Part shown: one piece after another, positions 19,254 to 29,222 of the stretch
Layout: each line of letters starts with the position of its first letter
How positions within the stretch are numbered: position 1 is the stretch's first letter
Assembly: GCA_029260345.1 (NCBI GenBank)
Contig: JAJDDK010000007.1
Coordinates: forward strand, 126,226 to 190,225
Origin: Phycisphaerales bacterium
Lineage (GTDB): Bacteria > Planctomycetota > Phycisphaerae > Phycisphaerales > UBA1924
DNA length: 64,000 nucleotides
Direction: 5' to 3'
Notes under the pieces: model-generated
What the model saw: the letters and a program-made list of their open reading frames with translations, nothing else
Told to the model about the DNA's origin: nothing
The model's database searches: none
Translations under genes and position numbers: made by a program

Positions 19254-19871
19254 TCAGTGGGTCGGAGCCAGAAGCGCCAGCCATTCGACGTTCCCGGACT
19301 TCTTCCCCTTGCCGGCGCCGCCGATGAGGGGTGAGCGCACGCATCCGAGCATGTGAACGCCGAGGTCTGGCAATGTTTCAAGCACTTTGGACAGGACGAT
19401 CTCAGCATCCGCTTCGGGAAGCACGCCGTCCTTGAGGCGATCTTTCATTCCGTGCTGTTCCGCTTCGTAGTGCGGCTTGACGAGTGTGATGATGCGGGCG
19501 TGGTCGTTGTTGCGGAGCCAGCGCAGAGCCGCGGGTATGGCGTGCGACTGCGGTGTCCAGGCGAGATCAATAACGATGAGATCGATTGGTTCGTCAGGCG
19601 GGTCGGCGTGCAGCGCGTTGGTGCGCTCCATGACGATCACGCGCGGATCAATTCGAAGCGGGTACGCCAAGGCGCCGTAACCGGTGTCCACGGCGTAGAC
19701 CCGCGCGGCGCCGGCTTGCAACAGACAATCCGTAAAGCCGCCGACATTGCAGCCGAAATCGGAGCCCGTCATTCCTTTGACATCAAGGCCGAACGTGGTG
19801 AGTGCGTGCGAAAGCTTCAAGCCTCCTCGACCAACAAATGGAATCTTCTCGCGCGCCGCCATGCACGCCAT
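19254..19871 (-). CDS. TlyA/FtsJ-family rRNA 2'-O-methyltransferase (no S4 domain)
   Basis: 'VGRGGLKLSHALTTFGLDVKGMTGSDFGCNVGGFTDCLLQAGAARVYAVDTGYGALA' matches the TlyA SAM-binding core. Start ATG 19871 (alternative 19862). The upstream part of the track ORF looks non-coding. Confidence 0.65.
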   Translation of the reverse strand: MACMAAREKIPFVGRGGLKLSHALTTFGLDVKGMTGSDFGCNVGGFTDCLLQAGAARVYAVDTGYGALAYPLRIDPRVIVMERTNALHADPPDEPIDLIVIDLAWTPQSHAIPAALRWLRNNDHARIITLVKPHYEAEQHGMKDRLKDGVLPEADAEIVLSKVLETLPDLGVHMLGCVRSPLIGGAGKGKKSGNVEWLALLAPTH

Positions 19872-20210
19872 TGTGCCATGTGATGGCGAAGAGGTCTGAG
19901 AAATGAAAACCGCCCCGAAACATGTAGCTCCGGGGCGGCGATTACTCATTCAACGTATGTGTGCCGAGAATCCTTTCCCGGCGGGACGATTACTTGCCGG
20001 GCTTGCCGGGTTTGGTCGTCGAAGGCTTGGGCTGCGGCTTGGGGGCAGCGGCGGACTTGACCGGACGAGCGGCGCCACGAGAGTTGGACATGGCTGGACC
20101 TCGCCTTCGCGAGGCCTCCTATAGGTGCGGCTGGGCGGCGTCTGCTTGCGGGAAACTCTCCCGCTGCCTGGGCGTTTGTCGCCTCGGGCTCGGCGCTGTC
20201 CAACCGTCCT

Positions 20211-20243
20211 TATTTTACCTCGACGTTTTTGAATTTGTTCAAC
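20211..20243 (-). promoter_or_regulatory. Candidate sigma70-like promoter (TTGAAC-N19-TAAAAT) reading toward a small ORF and the tlyA-like gene
   Basis: AT-rich island in an otherwise GC-rich intergenic region. The hexamers lie on the minus strand. The 19-nt spacer is longer than optimal. Confidence 0.2.
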
Positions 20244-20258
20244 AAAGAAAGCGCGTCC

Positions 20259-21158
20259 TTACAATTTATTTTTGTTCACTTCGTCGGCGCGCACGCCAAC
20301 CAGCGCGACGCCAAGTTCGTCAGCAAGCGCCACGGTCTTGGGCTTGTCGAGGATGATCACGCCGCCGGCTTCGAGCGCGGCGCACGCGGCGCCGGCGTCC
20401 GCCAGCGCGCGGATGGTGTCAGGACCGATGGTGGGCACGTCGGCGCGCCGGTCATGCGTCGGCCCGGCGCCCTTGAGGAGCGTCCACCCGCCGCGCCGGC
20501 AAAGTTCGCCGGCGCGTTTGATCATGGCGGCGGTGCCTTCGGACGCTTCAACGGCGACGATGTCCTTCTCTCGCACGGCGATCGCCTGCCCGACGCCGAG
20601 GCGGGCGGAGGCGAGCAGTACGGGCCAGGCGAATTCAATGTCGTCGCGCTGGGTCGCGCCGGGTTCGCGCTTGGTCATGACGCCTTCGTGGGCCATGTGG
20701 TCTTGAATAGGCATCGTAGAATCAATCATGAAGACTCCGGTTCGGGCGAGTTCTTCCGCAACGGCGGCCAGCAGCGCCGGTGAGCGGCGATCGTGGCGGA
20801 GACGCCGGTACCACACCATCGCGGCGCGAACGTCGGGAATGCGCCGGAACAGGCGCAACGGGTCGTGCATGAGTTTCGCTTTATCAACGGCGCCCACCAT
20901 GATGGCGTGGGTGGCGCCCATGCGGCGGAGCGTCCGTGACCACTGCCCGAGCCGCAAGAGACCAACTGGCCGGAATCGATCGCACAACGTCGGAAACTCC
21001 GGCTCGTATTGACCGGCCAGACCGATAGCGACGACCTTGCGCCCTTGGGCGCGCAGACCCGCCGCGACAAGGAACGGCAGGCGGCCGCTGCCCGCGATGA
21101 TTCCGATCGTCGCGGGCGGCGCCGGAATCGCTGGTTTCGTGATTGGCGCCGGCTGCAT
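20259..21158 (-). CDS. lpxI: UDP-2,3-diacylglucosamine pyrophosphatase LpxI (DUF1009 family)
   Basis: N-terminus 'IGIIAGSGRLPF'. C-terminal 'GQAIAVREKDIVAVEASEGTAAMIKRAG…GGVIILDK' matches the LpxI C-domain. It is the real gene inside the 771-aa track ORF. Start ATG 21158. Confidence 0.7.
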   Translation of the reverse strand: MQPAPITKPAIPAPPATIGIIAGSGRLPFLVAAGLRAQGRKVVAIGLAGQYEPEFPTLCDRFRPVGLLRLGQWSRTLRRMGATHAIMVGAVDKAKLMHDPLRLFRRIPDVRAAMVWYRRLRHDRRSPALLAAVAEELARTGVFMIDSTMPIQDHMAHEGVMTKREPGATQRDDIEFAWPVLLASARLGVGQAIAVREKDIVAVEASEGTAAMIKRAGELCRRGGWTLLKGAGPTHDRRADVPTIGPDTIRALADAGAACAALEAGGVIILDKPKTVALADELGVALVGVRADEVNKNKL

Positions 21159-21212
21159 GGGTGGAGATTCTACGGGGCTGGGCGGAGGCGTCGGGATCGG
21201 TAGAGTGCGCCC

Positions 21213-22508
21213 ATGCGCATCACCTTTGAAGATGTCTTGGCGGCGCGGGACCGGATCGGCGGCAAGGGCGGCATTCCGGTGACCCCCTGCCTGCGCTCGA
21301 CGCCCTTGTCCGAGCTGCTGAGCTGCGATGTCTATGTGAAAATGGACCACCTTCAGCGGACCGGTTCCTTCAAGGAACGCGGCGCCCGGAACGCACTCCT
21401 TCAGTTGACGGACGAACAGAAGAAGACCGGCGTGATCGCCGCGTCTGCGGGCAACCATGCGCTCGGGCTGGCATGGCATGGCAAACTGCTGGGCGTGCCG
21501 GTGACGGTGGTCATGCCGGAGTCGGCGCCGATCGTGAAGCGGGCCACGTGCGAACAGTTTGGCGCGAACGTAATTCTGAAAGGACAGTCGTTCTTCGAAG
21601 CGTTCACTGAAGCGAAACGGCTCGCGTCCGAACAGGGGCTGCAATACATCCACGGATATGACGACCCTGCCATCATCGCCGGGCAGGGCACGATGGGGCT
21701 CGAAATCATCGAACAGGTGACGGCGGACCATGGAGCGGCGCCGGACGCGCTGGTCGTGCCGATTGGCGGCGGCGGTTTGATCGCAGGCATTGCGGTCGCC
21801 GTGAAGCACTTGTCGCCGAGCACGCAGATCTTTGGTGTTGAGCCGGAACGAGCCGCGACGTTTCATGCGGCTCACGACGCGGGCAAACCGGTGCACGTGA
21901 ATGTTGAGAAGACGCTGGCGGATGGCTTGGCGACGCCGGACGTTGGCGGCAATGCGTTTGAGACGGCTGACCCATTGATCGATGGGCTGGTCATGGTTTC
22001 GGAAGCGTCGATCTCGCTTGCCGTCTTGCGCCTCATGGAGTTTGAAAAGGCGGTGGTGGAAGGCGCGGGCGCATCCGGGCTCGCCGCGATGCTCATGGAG
22101 CCGGAGGACGGATTGCTGGCGGGGTCGCTGCCGAGTCTCAAGGGCAAGTGCGTTGTTCTTCCCCTGTGCGGCGGCAACATCGATCCGGCGATGATCGGGC
22201 GCGTGATTGAGCGCGGTCTCGCGGCGGACGGACGACTCACGCGGTTTGTCACCACGGTGAGCGACCGACCCGGCGGGCTGGCGCGCCTGACGAACACGCT
22301 GGCGACGATCGGCGCCTCGGTGAAGGACATCTTCCATGACCGGGCGTTCGCGACCAGCGACCTGGCGACGGTGGATGTGGCATGCATCGTGGAGACCAGT
22401 GGGCCCAAGCATGTGAAGCGCCTGTTCGATGCGCTGGAGCAGGCGGGCTTTGACGTGCAGGTGCAACATGGGCGCAGCGACCGTCCGGCGCCGCCCCGTC
22501 TGACCTAG
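21213..22508 (+). CDS. ilvA: Threonine ammonia-lyase (threonine dehydratase), PLP-dependent, with C-terminal ACT-like regulatory domain
   Basis: 'MDHLQRTGSFKERGARN' carries the PLP lysine motif. 'AASAGNHALGLAW', 'GGGGLIAG'. C-terminal ~90-aa ACT-like domain. Confidence 0.85.
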   Translation: MRITFEDVLAARDRIGGKGGIPVTPCLRSTPLSELLSCDVYVKMDHLQRTGSFKERGARNALLQLTDEQKKTGVIAASAGNHALGLAWHGKLLGVPVTVVMPESAPIVKRATCEQFGANVILKGQSFFEAFTEAKRLASEQGLQYIHGYDDPAIIAGQGTMGLEIIEQVTADHGAAPDALVVPIGGGGLIAGIAVAVKHLSPSTQIFGVEPERAATFHAAHDAGKPVHVNVEKTLADGLATPDVGGNAFETADPLIDGLVMVSEASISLAVLRLMEFEKAVVEGAGASGLAAMLMEPEDGLLAGSLPSLKGKCVVLPLCGGNIDPAMIGRVIERGLAADGRLTRFVTTVSDRPGGLARLTNTLATIGASVKDIFHDRAFATSDLATVDVACIVETSGPKHVKRLFDALEQAGFDVQVQHGRSDRPAPPRLT

Positions 22509-22577
22509 TGCAAAAGACGGTCGCCAACCGATATCCCTTTCAGGACGTTTGTTCGCACACCCTGAGAGGATCAATCG

Positions 22578-22913
22578 TTGGACACCATTTCTTCACCTGC
22601 GCCGGTTCAGCCGGACCACAAACCGCTGAATTTTTTCGATCTGCTGGACCTGAACTTCACGCGGTTCATCACTGTGCAACTCGTCAAGGTGATCTACGTC
22701 ATCGGATTGGCGCTGATTGCGATCGTTGCGATGGCCATGATCATTACGGGCTTTAAGAATGGCATCGTCATGGGAATCGGCGCCCTGCTGCTGGCGCCGG
22801 TGATCGTGGCGCTCTGGGTGCTTGGCCTGCGCGTGTACCTGGAGCTCATCGTGGCGCTGTTCCGCATTGCGCAGAACACGTCCATCATGGCGGAGCGATT
22901 GCAAAAGCCGTAA
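22578..22913 (+). CDS. Small membrane protein, DUF4282-like
   Basis: TTG start with a GAGAGGA SD at 6 nt. 'FFDLLDLNFTRFITVQLVKVIYVIG' then two TM helices. Resembles the DUF4282 architecture. Confidence 0.5.
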   Translation: MDTISSPAPVQPDHKPLNFFDLLDLNFTRFITVQLVKVIYVIGLALIAIVAMAMIITGFKNGIVMGIGALLLAPVIVALWVLGLRVYLELIVALFRIAQNTSIMAERLQKP

Positions 22914-22926
22914 ATCTTGTTGGCCG

Positions 22927-23385
22927 CTAGAGGCCGATGTCCTCATTCCAGAGGTCAGGGCGGTCGGCGATGAATTGACGCATGAGCGTTTTGCAACGTT
23001 CATCGTCAGCATGAATCAACTCGACGCCGTCGGCGTTGAGGAGTTCCTCTGCGCCCATAAACGTCTCGTTCTCGCCGATGATGATGCGCGGGATGCGATG
23101 CAGGAGCGCGGCGCCGGTGCACATTACGCACGGGCTCAGCGTGGTCGCCATGGTGAGTTGCGGCCAGTCGCGACGGCGACCGGCGTGCCGCATGCAGATG
23201 ACTTCGGCATGCGCCGTGGTGTCGGCGGTTTGAACACGTTCGTTGTGGCCAGCGGCGATGATCACTCCGGCAGGATCGGCCAGAGCGGCGCCGATGGGGA
23301 TGCCGCCTTCGCGGAGTGATTTTTCCGCTTGCTCGATGGCGGCGTCGAGGAGGGCGCGGTCGGTTGGGGTGAGGGAGGTGGGCAT
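22927..23385 (-). CDS. CDA-fold nucleoside/nucleotide deaminase (TadA/guanine deaminase-like)
   Basis: Zinc motifs 'HAEVICMR' and 'PCVMCTGA'. Start ATG 23385 (the track ORF extends to GTG 23418). Confidence 0.75.
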   Translation of the reverse strand: MPTSLTPTDRALLDAAIEQAEKSLREGGIPIGAALADPAGVIIAAGHNERVQTADTTAHAEVICMRHAGRRRDWPQLTMATTLSPCVMCTGAALLHRIPRIIIGENETFMGAEELLNADGVELIHADDERCKTLMRQFIADRPDLWNEDIGL

Positions 23386-23504
23386 CTGTCTATTGTGAGG
23401 CGATTCTTCGGGCTGCACAACAAATCCTGGTCAGAGATGAAACGTGGCACTGCCGCCTTTGGCGGTCGTACCACGGCACCCGGAAAACTGAATCTGTACG
23501 AATC

Positions 23505-23966
23505 ATGCCACCCCCTACACTTTGGGTCATGGCTCAGCGCGAGTGGTATGCGGATGGACTTCGTTTCGAATGCACGCAGTGCGGCGACTGTTGCACGGGC
23601 CGTCCGGGGTTTGTGTTGTTTACGGATGAGGAAGCCGCGGCGATTGCGGAGCGGATCGGCGTCACGCCTGAAGAGTTTCATGAGAAGTACACGCACGACA
23701 CCGCGGCTGGGCGGTCGCTGGCTGAAGTGAAGTCGGAGTTTGGCTACGACTGCGTGTTTCTTGATCGGGACAACGATTTGGGGAAGCCGCTGTGTTCGAT
23801 TCATGATTTGCGGCCGACGCAGTGCCGCACATTTCCGTTCTGGCCGGAGAATTTGCGCACGAAGGCGTCATGGGCGCGGGTGGCGAAGGAATGCGAAGGG
23901 GTCAATCGCGGGAATCTTGTGAAGATCGAAGACATTCGTATTCAGCGGGATCAGCACAAGGCGTGA
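23505..23966 (+). CDS. YkgJ/UPF0153-family Cys-cluster (putative Fe-S/zinc) protein
   Basis: 'CTQCGDCCTG', 'CVFL…C', 'CRTFPFWP' — the characteristic YkgJ Cys pattern. Confidence 0.6.
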   Translation: MPPPTLWVMAQREWYADGLRFECTQCGDCCTGRPGFVLFTDEEAAAIAERIGVTPEEFHEKYTHDTAAGRSLAEVKSEFGYDCVFLDRDNDLGKPLCSIHDLRPTQCRTFPFWPENLRTKASWARVAKECEGVNRGNLVKIEDIRIQRDQHKA

Positions 23967-24025
23967 GGGAAGGCAGCGAGGCAGCGAGGGATCGAGGCCG
24001 CGAGGCGGGGGGCGATGCGCGCCTG

Positions 24026-24580
24026 GTGACATTGTGGATCGATGCGCTGGAGTCCGATGATGTGCGTGCGGCGATTGCGGGTGTGCATGATGAAATTGGG
24101 CGCGCGATCGCGGCGCAGACGCCGCGCTGTGACATGTCAGGGCGCTGCTGCAAGTTCGAGGAATATGGGCATCGGTTGTATGTGACGGGGTTGGAAGCGG
24201 CATTGACGCTGGTTGATGCGGGCGCGATTGTTGGAACGAATCCAGATGCGTCACAGCGCAGTGCTCACGACTTTGCGCAAGAACCCGGATGTTTATTTCA
24301 GATCGGCAACGCCTGCGGCGTGCATGCGCATCGACCGGCGGGGTGCCGCGTGTATTTTTGTGACCCGTTGTGGGCGCCGGTGATGAATGACGTTGCGGAG
24401 CGCGCGGTGGAGCGGGTTCGCGCGATTCATTATGAATTTGGAATTCCGTATCGGTATATGGAGTGGCGGGCGCTGTTAACGATGTTTGATGGGTGTGTGG
24501 GGCCGGTTGAATTCGATGGGAATGAGAATTCTTCCGTGCGTTCGACGAACGTCACTCGGGAGGGAGAGGCGTTGGAATAG
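24026..24580 (+). CDS. Second YkgJ-family Cys-cluster protein (paralog)
   Basis: 'CDMSGRCCKFEEYGHRLYVTGLE', 'CLFQIGNACGVHAHRPAGCRVYFCD'. GTG 24026 is in frame just after the upstream gene's stop. The track ORF start (23822) overlaps the previous gene and is unlikely. Confidence 0.45.
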   Translation: MTLWIDALESDDVRAAIAGVHDEIGRAIAAQTPRCDMSGRCCKFEEYGHRLYVTGLEAALTLVDAGAIVGTNPDASQRSAHDFAQEPGCLFQIGNACGVHAHRPAGCRVYFCDPLWAPVMNDVAERAVERVRAIHYEFGIPYRYMEWRALLTMFDGCVGPVEFDGNENSSVRSTNVTREGEALE

Positions 24581-24649
24581 CGCTCAATCGTGGCCTTGCC
24601 TGAGGACAGGCAAGACCACGGCACCGTCGGAATGAAACTCATCGCAAAT

Positions 24650-25993
<1,344 letters not shown>

Positions 25994-26021
25994 GCCTTGT
26001 CGATGGCCCCGTGGGCGACGT

Positions 26022-26471
26022 TCAGTTCGGACGGACGAGGAAGAGTTTCTGGCCGAACTCGACCGGGTCGCCGTTTTCGACGAGGACGCGTTCGATCGTG
26101 CCTGAGACGCCCGCCTGCACTTCGTTGAAGACCTTCATCGCTTCGATGAGGCATACGACGGTGTCCGGGCCGACGGCGCCGCCGACCTTGACGAAGTTGT
26201 CTGATTCGGGATTGGGTTTGGAATAGAAAGTGCCGACCATGGGCGACTCGACGGTGAGGAGACCGTCGTCTTTCGCGGGCGCCGCGGCCCCACCGCCCGA
26301 CGCGGCTGGCGCTGCGAGGGCCGGCGCGGCCTGGGTGACCATGGGGGCCTGAACCATGCCCAGACTTCGCTTCAGAGCGACGGTCTGGTCCTTGTCCCGG
26401 ATGTCCAGTTCGGAGAGGTCGTTGTCAACCATCAAACGAACGAGTTGTTCAAGTCGTTTCTGATCAATCAT
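26022..26471 (-). CDS. accB: Acetyl-CoA carboxylase biotin carboxyl carrier protein
   Basis: Biotinyl-lysine motif 'EAMKVFNEVQ'. Ala/Pro-rich linker. Start 'MIDQKRLEQLVRLM' at 26471 directly abuts the upstream stop. Confidence 0.8.
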   Translation of the reverse strand: MIDQKRLEQLVRLMVDNDLSELDIRDKDQTVALKRSLGMVQAPMVTQAAPALAAPAASGGGAAAPAKDDGLLTVESPMVGTFYSKPNPESDNFVKVGGAVGPDTVVCLIEAMKVFNEVQAGVSGTIERVLVENGDPVEFGQKLFLVRPN

Positions 26472-27571
26472 CGCGTTGCCCAGTCTATCGCTTTCGGGAG
26501 GGAACACAGGTTGCGCCGGCCTCGGTCGGTGACAAGGACGTCATCCTCGATCCGCACGCCGCCGATTCCGGGAAGGTAGATGCCGGGTTCGATGGTCACC
26601 ACCATCCCCGGTTCGAGCGTCTCTTCGGACTGCTTGCTGAGACGCGGCCCCTCGTGAATGTCCAGCCCGATGCCGTGGCCCAGGCCGTGACCGAAGTGCT
26701 CGCCGTAACCCGACTTGGTGATGATGTCGCGAGCGACGGCGTCCACCTTGCGGCACTTCACACCCGGCGCGACGGCGTCGATCGCGGCGAGGTGGGCCTC
26801 GAGGACAATCTGGTACACGTCGGCGAGCGGCTTGGGCCAGCGGCCAAAGGTGAAGGTGCGCGTCATGTCGGAGCAGTAGCCGCCAACGACGGCGCCCCAG
26901 TCGATCAGGAGCGGCTGATTCTTTGCGGTCTTGGTTTTCGCGGGGCGGTAGTGCGGCTTGGAGCCATTGGCGCGTGCGGCGACGATCGTGCCGAAGCTTG
27001 GGCCGGAAGCGCCCAGGCGCTTCATGCGCATTTCGAGCTCCGCCGCGATGTCGGCTTCGGTTTGTCCGGGGCCGACGCCGGCGAGCGTTTCTTCCAGCGC
27101 CTGCTGCTGAATGCGCACCGCTTTGCGAATCAGGCTGATCTCTGAATCATCCTTGCGCAGTCGAATGGTTGAAAGCAGGCCGGTTGTGTCGACGAGTCGT
27201 TTGGCGCCGAGCGCTTTGGCGAGCTTGGCGCGGGTCGCAACGGTGAGATGCTCCGCCTGCACGCCGATGCCCTTGAATGACTCCAGCGCGCCGGCGGCGG
27301 CTTCGTCGATGGCGCCTTTGCGAATAATGAGCTTCGCGTTCTTGATCGCATCAAGCTCTTCCTGAAAACGGAAGTCGCTGACGACGAACACGGCGCGCGG
27401 CGCGACGATGGCCCAACTGTCTTCACCGTGAAAGCCGGTGAGGTAGTCCACGTCTTTGGGATTGGTGATGAGGAGCGCTTCCAGGTCGGAATCGCGCATC
27501 GCCGCGCGGACTCGTTTGAGTCGGGGCGCGAACGCATTCTCGGATTTTGAAGGGCTCGCCTTGGTGGGCAT
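26468..27571 (-). CDS. Xaa-Pro aminopeptidase (M24B family, PepP-like)
   Basis: 'HGLGHGIGLDIHEGP', 'VVTIEPGIY', 'GGVRIEDDVLV'. Start ATG 27571 (the track ORF begins at GTG 27601). Confidence 0.8.
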   Translation of the reverse strand: MPTKASPSKSENAFAPRLKRVRAAMRDSDLEALLITNPKDVDYLTGFHGEDSWAIVAPRAVFVVSDFRFQEELDAIKNAKLIIRKGAIDEAAAGALESFKGIGVQAEHLTVATRAKLAKALGAKRLVDTTGLLSTIRLRKDDSEISLIRKAVRIQQQALEETLAGVGPGQTEADIAAELEMRMKRLGASGPSFGTIVAARANGSKPHYRPAKTKTAKNQPLLIDWGAVVGGYCSDMTRTFTFGRWPKPLADVYQIVLEAHLAAIDAVAPGVKCRKVDAVARDIITKSGYGEHFGHGLGHGIGLDIHEGPRLSKQSEETLEPGMVVTIEPGIYLPGIGGVRIEDDVLVTDRGRRNLCSLPKAIDWATR

Positions 27572-27652
27572 AAGCCGCGGAGTATAGAAGAGGCTCACCA
27601 CCGAGGCTGAATAACGCTCGGAAGCGCAGAGTTTGCGCCGTTGGCGGTCAAC

Positions 27653-28417
27653 TCAATCGTCGTCGCGCATTGAGATCGGGCGGCTGAGAATTTCGGTCGC
27701 GATGATGGCGCGCCGCCAGTCGTCGGGCGTGCGGGGCACATCGGGGCTGGCGCCGAACTTTTCGACCGGCGCGTCTTTCTGAACTTTGATCGTCCCAAGG
27801 ATGGGGCGTTCCGGAGCGGCGGCCTTTTGAGCTTTCGGGCGCGGCCGGGCGGCTTCCTTCTTGGCTTGCTCGGCGCGGCGACGCTCAATGTCGGCGCGCT
27901 GGTGTGCGGCGCGGCTCTGCTGTTCGCGCTGCATTTGAATATGGCGCTGGCGCGCAGCTTGCTGCGCGGGCGTCGGCGCCGGCGCCTGGGACGCTTGTGT
28001 CGGTTGCCGCGTTGGAATAGGGATCGGCGCCTGGGATGCTTGTGTCGATTGCCGCGTTGGAATAGGGATCGGCGCCTGCGTAGCGCGTGGCGGAGGCGCT
28101 GGTCGCGTTGGCGGAGTTGGTTTCGCGGCGCCGCGATTCTTCAATTGCTGCATGCGCTGCTGCTGACGCTCGCGCAGGGCGCGCAACTGCGCCTGACGGC
28201 GGGCCTGCAAATCAGGATTCGCTTGTGTTTGCACGACCGGGCGATTGGGCGACTCGGAGTGCTGCGCCACGCCTTCGCCGGTGCGCAACGCATTCTGGCG
28301 GCGTCGTTCGCGCTCTTTACGGGCGCGCGACACTTCCGACTGCTCCTGCGCTTTGCGGAACACCGCTTGAAGCACAGTCACGCCGAGAATGATCCAGAAA
28401 ATCCAACTGGGTCTCAT
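27653..28417 (-). CDS. Membrane-anchored Gln/Arg/Pro-rich protein with 15-aa tandem repeat (QAPIPIPTRQxTQAS)
   Basis: N-terminal TM 'MRPSWIFWIILGVTVLQAVF'. Coiled-coil-like Q/R-rich segment. Pro-rich repeats. Start ATG 28417. The Arg-rich N-terminal extension of the track ORF is probably not translated. Confidence 0.5.
   Translation of the reverse strand: MRPSWIFWIILGVTVLQAVFRKAQEQSEVSRARKERERRRQNALRTGEGVAQHSESPNRPVVQTQANPDLQARRQAQLRALRERQQQRMQQLKNRGAAKPTPPTRPAPPPRATQAPIPIPTRQSTQASQAPIPIPTRQPTQASQAPAPTPAQQAARQRHIQMQREQQSRAAHQRADIERRRAEQAKKEAARPRPKAQKAAAPERPILGTIKVQKDAPVEKFGASPDVPRTPDDWRRAIIATEILSRPISMRDDD
27981..28078. repeat. 45-bp direct tandem repeat (2.2 copies) inside the coding sequence
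   Basis: 'ggcgcctgggaYgcttgtgtcgRttgccgcgttggaatagggatc' x2 plus a partial third copy. Encodes the QAPIPIPTRQ(S/P)TQAS repeat on the minus strand. Confidence 0.8.
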
Positions 28418-28430
28418 GAGTAAGAGAAGT

Positions 28431-29222
28431 CTAGCCGTTCTCAGGCGATGGAGCCTCTGCGATGGCCAGCGCCCGCGTGGCGCCGCTCTCGAGACGCAGG
28501 AATGGCGCGCCAAAGACCGTTTCGAGTCGTTGCGGCGTGAGCGTCTCGGGCGTTGGTCCCTCGGCGCACACGCCACCTTGATCCATCACGATGGCGCGGT
28601 CGGACCAGTTCAGCGCCATGGTGAGATCGTGAAGGATGACGACGACAGCGACGCCTGCGCGGCTGATGGCTCGAAGCCGGCGCATGGTGAGGGCGGCGTG
28701 GCGAGGGTCCATCGCGGCGATGGGTTCATCGGCGAGGAGTGCGCGAGACGGTGCTGCATCATTGGGCGCCATCTGAAGCTGCGCGAAGGCGCGAGCCATC
28801 GCGACGCGCTGTTGCTGACCGACCGAGAGTTCATGGACGATGCGCGATCGAGAATCCGCTAATTCGAATTCCTCGATCGCGGCGGTGATGGCTTCCGGTG
28901 ACGCGGAACGCGCGTAGCGGCCGAACGCGATCACTTGCTCGACGGAAAACGGTCCGGCAATGGTTGGTCGCTGCGCGACAAGTGCGATGCGGGAGGCGCG
29001 GCGGCGCGGAGTAATTGATTTGATGTCATCTCCATCGAGCGACACATGGCCTGCCCACGGCGTGCGCACACCGGCAAGAAGCCTTAGCAGCGTGGATTTG
29101 CCCGCACCATTGGGGCCGATGATGGCGGTGACGGCGCCGATGGGCGCTTTGCAGTTCACGGCATCGACGACTGGTTGGCCGGTGCGATAGCCAAACGAAA
29201 GATTGTGCGTGCGCAACGTCAT
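28431..29222 (-). CDS. ABC transporter ATP-binding protein (FecE/HmuV/BtuD-like iron-siderophore/heme/B12 type)
   Basis: Walker A 'GPNGAGKST', signature 'LSVGQQQR', Walker B 'LLADEP'. ATG 29222 overlaps the permease stop (ATGA). Confidence 0.8.
   Translation of the reverse strand: MTLRTHNLSFGYRTGQPVVDAVNCKAPIGAVTAIIGPNGAGKSTLLRLLAGVRTPWAGHVSLDGDDIKSITPRRRASRIALVAQRPTIAGPFSVEQVIAFGRYARSASPEAITAAIEEFELADSRSRIVHELSVGQQQRVAMARAFAQLQMAPNDAAPSRALLADEPIAAMDPRHAALTMRRLRAISRAGVAVVVILHDLTMALNWSDRAIVMDQGGVCAEGPTPETLTPQRLETVFGAPFLRLESGATRALAIAEAPSPENG

Noticed and set aside
20259-22574. 771-aa minus-strand ORF
   Set aside because: It is a composite. Only the last 299 codons (20259..21158) are LpxI-like. 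The upstream 470 codons are an Arg-rich antisense shadow of the clearly recognisable ilvA gene on the + strand, a high-GC artefact.
23822-24025. N-terminal extension of the second YkgJ ORF (track start 23822)
   Set aside because: It overlaps the first YkgJ gene by 145 bp in another frame and has an Arg/Gly-rich low-complexity sequence. An in-frame GTG at 24026 just after the upstream stop is more plausible.
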